Assembly (NCBI GenBank): GCA_964016885.1 | Contig: OZ024753.1 | Span: 33,666,001-33,730,000 of the forward strand | DNA: 64,000 nt | Direction of reading: 5' to 3' | From: Eledone cirrhosa | Taxonomy: Eukaryota | Shown here: positions 24,879 through 42,245 of the stretch, piece by piece | Layout: every line of letters starts with the position of its first letter | Position numbering within the stretch: the stretch's first letter is position 1 | Program-made: the position numbers and the translations under genes | The notes under the pieces: generated by a model | The model's database searches: none | Told to the model about the DNA's origin: nothing | What the model saw: only the letters and a program-made list of their open reading frames with translations

Positions 24879-27800
24879 TACCGCCTCTTATATCAACGGT
24901 CAACGTTATATCAATCGTCAGAGCAACTAATCTAATTGTCTGTCTATGGGATGTTTTAACATTCTTTTCACCGAATTTAACACATTCACTGATTCATTTT
25001 GCTACATTTAGTTTCTAATTTCTCTCCCAATGACTCTTTCATGTGTGTTCTGTCAGCTAAATGGTATTTCTTTCTTATTCTTCAGCTCGTTTCTGAAGTA
25101 AGTACTGTTAATAAAACTTCCATAGTTCTCAGTTTTCTCAATTATCCCCAAATACAAAGATACGATACTTTTAAGCATATATCTGTCTATGTATAATCTA
25201 TAAATCTACTTCTTCAGCACTGTCTTCCCCACCACATTATTTTAAATGCTTTCATCTTTCATCCCCCTACGAGTGTCACTTCATTTAAAACTATTTCATT
25301 CTCTCTTTTATAAATTGACATCGAGAATGTCTATTAATGTCCTATATTTCTGCTCATGTTTGCTTGTATTTAAAGTTTTAACTTTAATCCTCATTGAAAC
25401 AAATTACTGAATAGTTACTGTAAGTAATACTACATACTTCTGTCTAGATATATACTTCTATGTAATTGTGTAGTAATGTAGACCTATATAATACTGTGTG
25501 GTGTTGGACTTCCGTCTGATCCGATGATGAGCGGTCCAGTTGATTCGATCGACAGAATGGTCTGCTCGTGAAATTAAGTTTCAAGTGACAGTAGTACACA
25601 GACGATACTTTTAACGAGGTTGTCAGGAAAATACACGATTGCAAGTGACGGCTCTAGTTTTATTTAAACTTTGTAGTGTCTAGTTATGTAATACTATGTA
25701 CAAATATACAGCTAATATTAGTATATACTAACTAGTGTATAGTTATATAATATTTTACGTTGTTTACTTTAAAATTTTCTCCCCACTCCCTCATGATTTA
25801 ATTATGTTCCATCAGCAAAACGACTTGAGTTTATCTTATAAGTGTTTCAACTGAAGTGAAAAGAATATAATAGGATTCACAGACGATGTTGTCAGACAAA
25901 CCATTTTTTTTTTTTACTAATGCAACACTACTAAAACTATGTTATTTACAGTGAGGACGTTAATTTGTGTAAATGTTATACACATTTTTTTTTAATACTT
26001 TCACAGAATTATGACAGCGTGTGTTGCTTTTAGGATTAAGTATTTATTCAGATTTCCACTATCTTTTACTGATATTAGGATAGATTCGTGAGCTATTAAT
26101 CAGTTGTATGTTCTAGCTGTATATACCTAACTTTGTATTATTTCTTGTTTAATTTATGTCTGCTCTCCTCTTTGTATCATGTATATGTATTTAATAAAAT
26201 AAAAGCTGATCAGTATCTGATAGACAAGGAGAGGGAGAAAGTGATCGAAAGAGAAAGAGAGGGCGGGAGAAAAACTGGACAGTTAATAATATCAATTAGA
26301 AAGCTCGCCTCTGGAAACGTTTTGCATAATGTTCATGGTCCATATAACAGATTGAATTTTAAGATACTAAATCTGTCTGTCGGCTCATCTATTCAAGATT
26401 GGTGATCAATCATTTGGCCACATAGCCTATGACCTAAATGGACATATGTACAAAAGCGGTATTTTTTATGGATAATTCAGAAGTTTCTAATTAGTTTGTC
26501 CATTTAGATTTATTTCCCATCTTTATCATTAGAAAAATATTTATGTTTGCTCAACCAGTAACTGTTACAACGTTGTACATTGGTTTTCTTTTGTTTTGTT
26601 TTATCCTAGAGAATAACAGTCAAATCTATTATATTTCCAACAACAATTATAGGATAGTGATGAAAACTGATGCACACAATAGAATATAGAGACAATAACT
26701 ATAAAACATACCTTTTTCATGGAATTAATACATTACAAACTGCCTTAACATCAAACAGTATTTTATATGGCATGAACGTGAATAGAGCACACTAAACATA
26801 TGGATAGAATGGAGGGCCAAGATAGACATATCTTGCAGATATTGACTTGTGAAAGTAAGTACAGTTTATTAAAAGGTTTTCGTTAGAACCCACATTATTT
26901 GTTATACACGCCTTCACATTATTATAAATAAATAATGAATGTATTAAGTGTGGAGCTGATGCTGGTATATTCTTGAATTGGCTTCAGATACTATACATTG
27001 TCAATTCTTCCTTCAGTCTCTTAACTCTTGGTGGTGTCGTAACATGCGGTGTATTCTAGACTATCATAAAAACCTGGCAGATGCTAGCCCACTCTAGGTC
27101 TGATCCATTCTGCCAGATAGAAGGGGATGACAAAGAAGATAACGCAAAAAAAAAACGAAGACGAAGAAAAAGAAATGGTTGACTAATCGATCCTGGAAAG
27201 ATAAAATGCAAAGTTGATCTCAGCGGAGTCGAATACAGAGCAGAACGCAAAAAGGAAATGGAGCCAATACCAGGAAACAATCTCCCCGATGTTTAACTAC
27301 TATCAGCTAACACTAACAGTAAGCAAAAGGGATTTAAGAAGAAAAATCACAGAAAAGACTGCAGCTGTTTGACTTGCATAATTATATTCTATTCCAAATC
27401 TTCTATGATTTCCAAAGAAGTTGAACTTTTTTACTGACAAACAATGCATTTTTATTTGATTTTCGCATCTGCTAACAATTTTAACGACAAACATGCTTAC
27501 TGTCTTGGAACCTACGGAGAGTGAATTATCTATATATGTCTTTCTTGATAATAATGGATCCTCTGTCGGTGTCGATGACGAGCACTAAATTTTGCGATCA
27601 ACTGAACGACTACCTCATGAATTAACTAGTAAGTTATTGAGTATTCCACAGATACGTGTATCTAATGTAATACCTCTGTTGAATAAATAAATATATATAT
27701 ATATATATTTATTTTCAATTTTATTATTATTACTATATATATATATAAAACCGTAAATCCTCATGGAGTAATAGGAGCACTCTCGTGAAATACGGCATAT

Positions 27801-30089
27801 ATTGGGCATGTTTAACCCGGAGTAGCTCATTCCTCTCCAGGTCTGAACACAGTCGATTTATTCAATAGAAGGGTGCGAGAAAGAAAGTGTGAAAGGCAAA
27901 TAGAGGAAAGATCAGCCCCAGTGCTTGATTGATACTACTTCTTATCAAACTCGAAAAGCTCCATTCGATGTGTTTGCACATACTTTCTGTCTCAATTTCA
28001 CTCAAAAAGATTAGTTTAACCCCAGTCTATGGCATGAAACTTTATCCAAGATGCCAGGTAATGATATCGAACCTAGGACCTTATAAACGCAAAAGAGTAA
28101 AAGATAAACTGTTTGTAGATTGAATGTTATTTTTCAAAAACTTTGTATTAGGGTTATGAAATTAGGGTTTGGAACTATGTCTCACTATTGTCGGCTTCAA
28201 TATTGGTTTCTACACCAGTTTCGACCTGAGCGTCCTACTCAGTAAATTAAAGAGTAAGTGGCTGAATATTCCACAGACACATATACCCTTAATGTGATTC
28301 TTATGGAAAGTCAACCTGATACAGTATAGGACAAGGCTGGTACTTTAAGTTGAAGATACATTATAGTACAAAAATGGATTGTAAATAACTGATTATTCCA
28401 CAGATACTTGTATCAATGAAATTCTCAGGGAGAATCAGCGCCTGACATTGTCTGACAATGCATGAAACTTTGCATTACAAACACCGTCTATTATCTGGGC
28501 TACCATGTTGTTTCCGTCTACCCAAATTCACTTACATGTCGTAGGTCGATCCGATGCTACGGTAAATGTTCTACACAATGGGATCGAACCAGATACCTCT
28601 AGATTGCGTGGCAAATATCTTAACCACTCAGCTATGGGTGCGTCCACAATTAGGTTGAAGAAATCATTTCATGAATGACAAAGTTTCCATTTGTCTAGTC
28701 ACAAGTAAGACACTTTGCTACATACATTTGAACGAGATGTGAAAGTTCAATTTGTTTTATCTATTTTGTATGAGTTATTTGTAAGCTCGGATGATTGTCT
28801 AAAAGCCATACAGTTCAATCATTTTCCAGATCAATTTGGTGGAAAATAGGCTTTTCTGGATTTCATTTATGATGAATATGTTCATGTGAACTGGTCCTGT
28901 AAGCTATCGGCTTATATAAAGTAGCGTGTAACTGGCCATGTGTGTTAATGTATACATCCACCGTTGGCATGCGTGATTTCTCAAAGAGATAAGTTGAAAA
29001 GAAAACTGAAGAGAATAATTATCAAACTGTTATTGAATCCCATATAGTTATAATTATTATTGAACCCAGTTTAGTTCGGAAGGAAACGGCAGTCACTGAC
29101 ACGATTCCACTATATCAAGTGGGTAGTAATACTCTTTACGACCTGGTCACAAAGAGTGCGACCAAAATATTAACCTCCACGAATAGAACATGAGATTTTG
29201 TGAGACATATTTACCTTCAGTAGTGAAAATCAAAATGCCAATAATGTACTATAAAGTGTTTTGAAGATTGTATCACAAATTATTCCATTCCAAATTCAGA
29301 ATGCAAATTATTTTCATAAAACGCTATTTCATTAATTTTGACACTTTTTCAATTTAAGTGCAATTGTGATTAAAAAATACTGTAATTAATGAGGCTTCTT
29401 CAAAATCAAAATTAACTTATTAACTCTAATTACGATCTAATCAAAATTAATTTGAAAACAGAATAATAAAAACTTAAAAAAAATGTAAATAATTATTAAA
29501 TGAGTTTAAAAAAATAATTAATTTTAAATATCAGTTCGGAATATTAAATTTTCATTATGAATTTCGTGATTCTATTTCCGATATAGAACAGGCGTGGAAT
29601 AAGAAAACAATGAAGCCATGTATTAAAATGTTTTCAATTGATCAGCTCTTACTTGATAAATTGAGGATATCAATCCTCTGCCCTTTTTCCTTTTCATTAA
29701 TTTTCTAAAGAGGCATAGGCACTGGGAAAACTTCTGTGATTAAGGACTTCGCTTTCCAATCATGTACTTTCTGTTTCTTCGCCCACTTATTCCTGATTCC
29801 TCAGAGGGTCATGGGGGCAGAGTCCTCAGACACTCCTTCCAGCGGATCCTGTCAGAAGCAACCCTCTCCAACTGATCCGGCTGGATCCCCAAGCGAGATC
29901 AGCCAAGCTCATGTATGTTATCCAACCATCTCGCTCAGGGTCTACCCCTGGGTCTCTTGCCGGTTGGTTTTGTAGTTTCATTCCCATTGATCTCCCACAA
30001 CGCCAGGTCTCATATCACTGGGGTAGCGATGATTGAGTCCTTTCTCATATTTATGGTGTGTCCTTACACATCTTATATCTAGAAACAGT

Positions 30090-30296
30090 AGTTTCTGATT
30101 TAGGCAGAAGACCAACCACTTTGGTGGGAGGGGAAAGTCGATTAAATCGACCCCAGTTCGTTACTGCTGCTTTATTTTATCGACCCCGTAAGAAGGAAAG
30201 GCAAAGCTAACCACGGCGGGATTCGAAATCAGAACGTAAAGGGCCGTAACTATATGTTGCAAAGCATGGTGTCCGACACTACCGATACTACCAATT
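30090..30296 (-). mobile_element. SINE, long-tail subfamily
   Basis: Same features as 24662-24878. Confidence 0.85.
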
Positions 30297-31336
30297 GACA
30301 TACATAGAAATAATAGTGTCATTACATCATTGTAATTTAAGTTGGGCGTTACAGATCATACCGAGTTGAACAGATCTATGACCAAAGACGTTCCAACCGT
30401 GACCATCCTATCTTTGTATATGGCATAGTGTATCCATGACTACATTAGTCAGTCTCCTGGTTATTTTTCTCCCCGTTACCATCACCAGCCTCACTTATTA
30501 CATTCATCATCTCTACTATAGTAGCAATCATAATTATGATAAATATGGTATTTAATAATAATTTGGTAAATATTTCCTTCTCATTAAGTTTTTTCCAGCT
30601 TATCTGTTTGTGAGATCAAACCAAGCCAACAGTAAATGTATATGTTAACTCACGTGACATATTCTATACACGGTAAATTTATATAAGATGATAGCTTACG
30701 TGAGCAGTTAGCTTCTATAAACAGATTTATCATAAATGAAAGCAAGCTGTGGAAAGAGCCTATTTTCCGCTGAATTGATCTAGAAAGAGATTGTATGGCA
30801 TGGCATTTAAACAGTCTTTCTGGCACCAACAAATAACGTATAGCAAACATTTCGATTTTTACAATAATCATTACATTTATTAGCCAAAAGGGCTTACATG
30901 TACACGATATCAAAGTAAGATATCAAAGTTAAACGATTCCCCTTCAGGTGAGGTTGGATAAGCACAGTAATGTAAAAATAAGAGGGATTGCCAAAAAGGT
31001 TGTGATTTTCTGACACACGAATAAAAATATTTTAATATAAAACAATACTTTAAACAAGATATAATCTAAAACACGAGAGAAGTTTAAGGTATCGACCTAC
31101 ACATGGCTCTAATAAGATTTGTGAAGCATTTTAATAGTAGGTTATGTTTTATACTCTCAATTAGTATTTGGAATTTCATATGGTTCAGGATGGGTTTGGA
31201 TGGGGCTCACGGTGTTTGCAGGGATTCCAGTTTGTTAGGCAGGATAGCTTTTTAAGGTTTTTTAATAAACTTATCTGTTAGTCACAGATATGGGTCTGTA
31301 GATTAGTACTCAATGGAGTTGTTGTGACTGCAGATA

Positions 31337-31870
31337 AATGTGTGGCAAGGGGGCCAGCAGGAAAATAAAAAGGTGTATAAGACATCAGAGGGCATTTTGC
31401 TTGAAAAAAAACCATAGGAATTTATTAAGTCATGTGGCAATCATAATATGTGTGAATGTAACACATTATGCATGTGATAAAGATGGTGTTTTGGGATTCG
31501 AGAACGTACATCCACAAAGGTGTATGTGAACAGGTCAGTGCAAAATAATGTTAAAGTCCATAAGTGTTGCAAATATTAGCTTTCAGTTACTCACATTGAA
31601 GAGGTAAAGTCTTTGCTTCGTATAACAATAATGCCATGTTGCGGAATATGAAATGTGTCAGCTAACAGTGATGTCCTGAGAATGAGCTCTGGGCATGTCT
31701 TATAGGCTAGAAATTTAGCAGCAACTGAACCTTTCTGTTTAAATTTTCGCGCCTGATGTTCTGTTTAAAATTTCGCGCCCGATGTTCTGTTTAAATTTTC
31801 GCGCTCGGTGACGTCACTTCCACCGAAGTGGAAGTGACGTCACCGAGCCTTTGCGCATATATTCACTTCA
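31337..31870 (+). repeat. Dispersed repeat, copy 2, with a perfect 21-bp hairpin (31803-31848) and a short ~27-bp tandem
   Basis: gctcggtgacgtcacttccac-cgaa-gtggaagtgacgtcaccgagc; ttctgtttaaaWtttcgcgc x3 at ~31733-31804. Confidence 0.8.
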
Positions 31871-32196
31871 AGTGTTATTTGTTTTTATAGAGAAAATACG
31901 TAATATGACGGCTGCAGCTTGAAAATGTCTCCCCATACTGGTATATAGAGCAGGTTTATGGAATATGTGTCAAGAAATATGGATGATAATGTCTTAGATG
32001 TTGTATAACCATTTTGTTTATAGTTGGCTTTGCTTTTCTGAGTTTTGTTCATGGGTTGGGACATTTGGAGAGAAGAATTAAGAATTGATCCCAGTACCGG
32101 GCTGCTGTTAATTTATCGACCTCGATAGGATTTGAACTCAGACAACAGATGCCTGAAACAAATACTGCAAAACATTCTATTCTACGTTCTAACAAA

Positions 32197-32465
32197 TGAG
32201 AGAGAAAGAGAGAGAAAGAGGGAAAGGGAAAGAGGGAGAGAGATGGGGAGAGAGAAGAGGGAGAGAGATGGAGGAGAGAGAGATGGAGGAGAGAGAAGAG
32301 GGAGAGAGAAGAGGGAGAGAGAAGAGGGAGAGAGAAGAGGGAGAGAGAAGAGGGAGAGAGATGGAGGAGAGAGAAGAGGGAGAGAGATGGAGGAGAGAGA
32401 AGAGGGAGAGAGAAGAGGGAGAGAGAAGAGGGAGAGCGATGGGGGAGAGAGATGGTGGAGAGAGA
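32197..32465. repeat. GA-rich minisatellite
   Basis: Mixed gagggagagagaa and gagagatggag units. Confidence 0.9.
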
Positions 32466-32947
32466 TAAATGCATTAGGGTTTTATTTAAAGTTCGTTACA
32501 AGGTCGATATTATCAACGGCCAAATGGCGGATAAATTATCAATTTCAATTTTAATAGAAATTAGGGAATCAGTGCATAGAAAAATTATTTGTTGAAAAAA
32601 CATTAACGGGGCAGCAAAATGTATATACCGATAGCCTGGATTAAAAAATAATCAATATATGTCAGGAGCTAAAATTTCTTTATCGATTAGTACGGAACAT
32701 TTCTATACAAAAAAAAAAAAAGAGTTAAAGTAATAAACGATACAAGATTTAATATGAAATTCGTTTTATTTTTCTGTCGTCTGAATTAGTTGTTTGGTTT
32801 GTTGGGAAAGGCCAATATCAAGAGAAATATACACATGAGTAAATTTCTATATATTGGTTAAATAAAGCAACAACATAACTAGCATGAAATAATAAGAGTA
32901 AAAGAATTTTTATCTTGAGCATAAAATACATCTTAAATTATTGGTTG

Positions 32948-33130
32948 TATGCATGTACATACATATATATATATATATATATGCATGAATGTGCATGCAT
33001 ACATATGCATGCATGTACATACATATGCATGCATGTACATACATATGCATGCATGTACATATATATATATATACATGCATGCATGCATACTTATGCATGT
33101 ACATATATATGCATGCATGCACACACACGG

Positions 33131-33167
<37 letters not shown>

Positions 33168-33352
33168 TGGATATATATACACACACACATATATATATAC
33201 ACACACACATATATATATACACACACACATATATATACACACACACATATATATACACACACACACACACACACATATAGATATATAGATATATATACAC
33301 ATACATGGATATATATATATACACACACACACACATGGAAATATATATATAT
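32948..33352. repeat. Compound (ATGC/TA/CA)n microsatellite
   Basis: Seen directly. Confidence 0.9.
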
Positions 33353-33990
33353 TGCCAAAGGAAACGACTGGAATAAAGCTTTGTGAAAGGCTCGTGAAAT
33401 TATCTAAATTGCTCCAACCATTAGGAGCAGCAAACATGATGGAATAGTGAGAATAGGAATGAAAGCTAAGTTAATGATGCAGGAAAATGACAAAAGGCGG
33501 AAATATTTCTAAAATAGAAGATAAATTGGAAGTTAGCTGAAAGACTTCAGTATAAAGCAAAGACAATATATCCAATAACTTAATGAATTGCTCTAATTTT
33601 TCCCTTCTGGTTTCGATATATCAACAAAATTCGTTTATATCATGGAAAACATCAAAAGTAGTACGAGTTAAATTCATTATATGAAAATATAATTCCACTG
33701 TAAAATTAAATTTGGGTGAAATTGAATATATTAAAGAAAGGAAATCTACGGTTACCATAAATAAGATTTCAGCACTGGCTAAAAAAAAGAAAACAAAAAT
33801 TCTCGGTTTTGAATCAGCTTCAATTAATGGTCAATCTGTATTATCTGAGGTTCCAGGAATAGTTTATATGGATTAACCTTTTGTCGAAATAATAGGTGAT
33901 TGGCGAGGGCATAAGTCTATAAATGAATCATGAATATGGTCACTCAATCAGCTAGAAATAACAACCTAATTTCCCTGAAATCATACCAAA

Positions 33991-34180
33991 GGGTGATGGA
34001 TTGACAGCATCGGCAGAGGGTCAGACGCCAGGCTTTGCAGCAAAGAAGTACGGCCCTTTATGGTCCGAGTTCAAATCCCGCCGAGATTAACTTTGCCTTT
34101 CATCCTTACGGGGTAGATAAAATAAAGTACCAGTAATACACTGGGACAATTGCTGGCCTTGTGCCAAAGTAGAAACAATT
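33991..34180 (+). mobile_element. tRNA-derived SINE
   Basis: Head, B box gagttcaaatccc, core and tail all present. Confidence 0.9.
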
Positions 34181-35164
34181 ATATAAATCAAAAGAGAAAC
34201 ACTAATGTGAATACAAATTTTGGCAATCAGGTGTGACGGTCACCGTTGGGACGCCTTTTATCGTAGATCTGCTGTGTCATGGAAAAATTTGCGTTAAACA
34301 AGCAGAATTACGTTTCTATACAAATGAATGAAAGCTGGTGAAGATTTTAATTTCAAACAAAATTAATATCACAATTAGATTCCGATATGTTCTTCAAATA
34401 TTAAAGCAAGATCCCATATTTCCGCCTGTTGTTTCACTCTCTATATTTAGTGACAGCTCCAGATATCTCATGATTCAAACTATGTATGTTTGTCACAATG
34501 AAGTCATATGAGAGAAACAAACCACCAATGATGTCTTCTAAATGTTGTTGTTATCATAATCAACGTCATAAACTTATTAAGTCATCAAACACCTTTTGCT
34601 ATAATTATATTCAATTAAAACCTTTGATTACTTCATTGTATTCTAATTTATCTGCGATTTATCGTCGCTACTACATAAAAGTTATAACACACACTCAATC
34701 TTACATTTTAGTTTTGGAATTTTCCATTAATCAAAATCGTATTATCGTCTCGTACTGTCAACTAGATATTGCTTATTACTCTTGGTTCAGTAAACCTTAT
34801 AACATAGAAAGTATCAATATGGTGTTGAAAGAAATAGTATTGCTATATAGAATGTTTTAAATTCTCATTCAAACATTGACAAAGAAGGCTGAAAATATGC
34901 CTTCTGATGAAAGTCTATCTAAGCTTAAAAATCGGTTAAAATTGTTTATCGCCTTTTCAATTTACAACTAAATACTTATATTCAGCATTCTTAAATGTCT
35001 ATATACAAAAAAGTGTGTAAAATATATATTTACAGTCTCGGTTTCTTCTATTCTGTATATATATACTAATATAACTATCATATACATTTATATATAAATC
35101 TTATGAATTATGGAAGTGCTGGGATATCTGAAAGTTTGAAAATGTCAGAATTCCAAACGCAGAA

Positions 35165-35365
35165 ATAAACTGTAATAGCAGTCGATTGCTATAAATAATA
35201 GCTCATAAAATCAGGTAAGTTATTCTATAGACTGAAAAAGGCTGTATAGTAGAGTATAGACTTCGTATCACCGTAGGCACCTCTGGCCACATTTTCCGTC
35301 TTTCGGCGTATTTTTCTTGGTTTTCTCAGCTATCATTTATAGCGATCAACTGTTATTAGTTATTA
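35165..35365. mobile_element. Small MITE-like inverted repeat
   Basis: taatagcagtcgattgctataaataatagct..aaaatcagg versus cttggttttctcagctatcatttatagcgatcaactgttatta. Confidence 0.5.
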
Positions 35366-36329
35366 TTTTACTTCTGGCTACATGCTAGCCCCAAGGTGTA
35401 TAGTATAGCATCCTAAAATAGACAGGGAAAAACTATCAGCCGGCCCCTTAGAGAGTATTTTGGATTCTCACATTTTCAAGTGTCCATGTTTGAACAGATA
35501 TATGAATACGCACACACACACACACACACACAAATATGCAGAAAGAGGGGGAGAGAGATACAGAAAGATAGCGAGAGAGAGAGAGAGAGAGAGAGAGAAA
35601 GATATAGAGAAAGAAAGAGAAACAAAGAGATAGATACAGAAAAAGCGAGAGAGTAAAGGAAAAAAGAGAGAAAGACAACTATAGTCGTAGGTGTTGCTGC
35701 TGTTGTTTACATGTAGTTTCACCCAAAGTAAAATATCTGATCTGGAAGTGAAAGGACAGTTGTTAAAGTTAGTTGTCACGTCTTTCTATGACTTGTGGCT
35801 ATTTTAAATTGCTTTTGTAACCTTAATTTCTTGTCCAAAATATGTTGAAGAATAACAGCCCCGCCTCCCACCGTTTTAAATTTAATTGCCTGTGAGAAAT
35901 TCCATCATATAAAATAAATCTAAATTATTTTTTTACCAACATGCTTTTTTACCAACCCATAACTCTACGCTACCAAATCATTCATCTTAAGGTTTTCATA
36001 TTTAAACGTAAATCTTCCCTCGTAATTTTATATAAGAACATTTATAAGTATGTTATACCCCAAACATCAGTTTGATCATTAAAAGGTTTACTATAGTACT
36101 AAGCCCCTCCAAATTGTTGATTCATTTCAAAATTATTTGAAACACGTTGGTAATGTATTTCATTAGAAATATGGTAATAAAAGGGTTACTCGAAAATACA
36201 GCTATTTTTACCTGCTCCAGGAGTTGTAAAAAAAATGCATTTGACACTAAATATACAGGCTACACTTTAGTACAGCCATCAATTGAATTAGGTAGGGTGG
36301 ACTGAGGTCTTATGAATAACCCAAGGAAA

Positions 36330-36745
36330 GTGGTCAGGACTGTTATTAAGAATTTAAAGAAAAAACTTCATAACTCAATTTTTCATTCAATAAATTTCAA
36401 CCTTCGGGCAAATATACGATGGAATAATCTTCGAAAAAGACTTTAGCGACCTATGCCTGCCAATTTGTAATTACGAAGGAGTGGAGCTCTTGAATTCTAT
36501 AAGCATCAAAGTTAATTGTTAGTCTCAGTCAATATTACCTCTAAGCAAGAATGTTAAGCGATCTTTTGATTATTTATAACCTGGCTGCTATGCATTTTGT
36601 TTTGCCAAAAAGGTTGCCTCACGGCATTTTCCCCAAGAAAACGCTGACTTCATCCGTGTTGAAAACTTGATATCCAGCCTAATTGCATTCTTGATTTATT
36701 TAACTGAAACGTTTTCACCGGTGCTCACAGCATCTGTCATCATTT
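36330..36745 (-). pseudogene. pogo/Tigger DDE transposase remnant
   Basis: Minus strand translates to QVFNTDEVSVF.GKMP / TFLAKQ..QPGYK*SKDRLTFLLRGN, matching the Tigger pattern QVFNxDETGLFWKKMP..TFIAK..PGFKASKDRLTLLLGGN. Multiple stops and frameshifts. Confidence 0.75.
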
Positions 36746-37177
36746 GTCATGCCTGTTGAAATCAAATCTTACCGAGGTCAACTTCGCCTTTCATCCCTCT
36801 GGCATCGATAAAATAAAGTAGCAGCCAAGTACTGAGGAAGCTTCTATCGACATTCACCACCTACCCTAAATGGCTGGCATTGTGCCTGAATTAAAAATCC
36901 TTTTATGTCAGGAAACTGCACTTAGGATTTCCCATAAATTATAATGTATAACGAAACAACAACGAAGCCACTACGGAGTTAGTAGACGAGTGACAAATAG
37001 CAACGAAATATTCCTCAAATCTTATGCAAGCATTGTAAAAACAAAAGACAAATTGGATTATATATTCAATACAAAATAGACGAAATAAGTCAAAATGGTC
37101 ATAGCATAAGTGTATTTTGATATGGTCCGCTGGATTGGAACAAAACGTGGGCTAAACAACAACTATATATATATATA

Positions 37178-37435
37178 TTGAGTATATGTTGGGAGGAAAG
37201 AGTGTCCTTTGACGCCGAAATTCGTTTGTTCGAATTCATATGATTCCAGTTCCTCAGAGAAATAACAACCCAACCAGGAACTGGGCATATCGGAGTATTG
37301 ACGGAGTTAAACACTTCAACAACATGTGTACCTGTCTCTACCACACCAATTAGGACTTCCTGAAGAGGTCACAGACAAGGATGGTTGTCACCGAAATATA
37401 TATAGCAGTACAACTTTAAGAAACGAAGCTTTTAT
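37178..37435 (+). mobile_element. Solo PLE pLTR fragment homologous to the distal part of the 508-3872 element
   Basis: tgtcctttg..gaaattc..catatgatt.cagttcct.agag..taaca aligns with 3487-3590 and is followed by a hammerhead. Confidence 0.7.
37355..37409 (+). ncRNA. Minimal hammerhead ribozyme
   Basis: acttc CTGAAGA ggt c aca..tgt c acc GAAA tatata TA gcagt; one mismatch in stem I. Confidence 0.72.
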
Positions 37436-40665
<3,230 letters not shown>

Positions 40666-41028
40666 ATTAGATTGCTATTGTTATTAGATTCACAACTATT
40701 CGGCAAAATATTTCACACCTCATACACATTGACGTTACAAAATCTTATTAACACTAACAAATATAAAAGTGGAAGATTAACTGTATATAAAATAATATAT
40801 GAAGTGTTACATTGCTGATGACATTGGGAAGATAAGTGAGCAGGCGTACAGAGTAATGCAGCGTAGAGAGGAATGGAAATGGAATTGGAAATTAAAAGAA
40901 ATAAGGATGGCTTGCAGCAAAACCGAATCAGTCTCCCAAAAATATCCATAAAAAAAAGACGTAATTATATAATATATATATATGATATGATATACACATA
41001 AATTCATTGTGACCTTAGAGTAAATAAC

Positions 41029-41144
41029 TGTTTCTACTTTTGGCACAAGGCCAGCAATTATATCAGTGTATTACTGGTACTTTATTTTATCGACCCCGTC
41101 AGGATGAAAGGCAAAGTTAACCTCGGCGGGATTTGAACTCAGAA
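41029..41144 (-). mobile_element. 5'-truncated SINE with 14-bp TSD
   Basis: TSD ttagagtaaataac at 41015-41028 and 41145-41158; truncated just past the B box. Confidence 0.9.
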
Positions 41145-41171
41145 TTAGAGTAAATAACGTTAGACAGCTTG

Positions 41172-41217
<46 letters not shown>

Positions 41218-41409
41218 GAGTTTCGAAACCACGTCCTACTTATTGGTTTAAATAGCCTCCAGCTTATATTTCACCAAATGTGTTAATTATTCATCGTGTC
41301 TTGGAAAAAAACCGCCAGTCATAAATTAGTAAATTGTTGGCTGTTCGAGAACAATGCATGTATGCTAAAAGTCTCTCACTCTCTCTCTCTCTGTATGATG
41401 CGTGTTTGT

Positions 41410-41452
41410 GTATATACATACATATATACATATATATATATACATACATATA

Positions 41453-41483
<31 letters not shown>

Positions 41484-41536
41484 ACATACATATACATACA
41501 TACATATATCCATATATATATACATACATACATCCA

Positions 41537-41572
<36 letters not shown>

Positions 41573-41614
41573 CATACATACATATATATACATACATACA
41601 TACATATACATACA

Positions 41615-41680
<66 letters not shown>

Positions 41681-42126
41681 CATACATATACATACATGTA
41701 TATACATACATATACATACATGTATATACATACATATACATACATGTATATACATACATATACATACATGTATATACATACATATACATACATATACATA
41801 CATATACATACATACATATACATACATATACATACATACACATACATATACATACATATACATACATACATATACATACATGTATATACATACATATACA
41901 TACATGTATATACATACATGTATATACATACATATACATACATGTATATACATACATATACATACATGTATATACATACATATACATACATATACATACA
42001 TGTATATACATGTATATACATGTATATACATATACATACATGTATATACATACATACATATACATACATGTATATACATACATACATATACATACATACA
42101 TACACATACACATACATACATACATA

Positions 42127-42158
<32 letters not shown>

Positions 42159-42192
42159 CATACATACATACATACATACACATACATACATA

Positions 42193-42244
<52 letters not shown>

Positions 42245-42245
42245 C
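41410..42245. repeat. (TACA/TATA)n microsatellite
   Basis: Seen directly. Confidence 0.97.

Noticed and set aside
30650-30913. 87-aa minus-strand ORF as an upstream receptor exon
   Set aside because: No signal peptide or NPR-like motifs recognised.
32049-32554. E/R/G-rich and S/L-rich ORFs
   Set aside because: Translations of a GA minisatellite.
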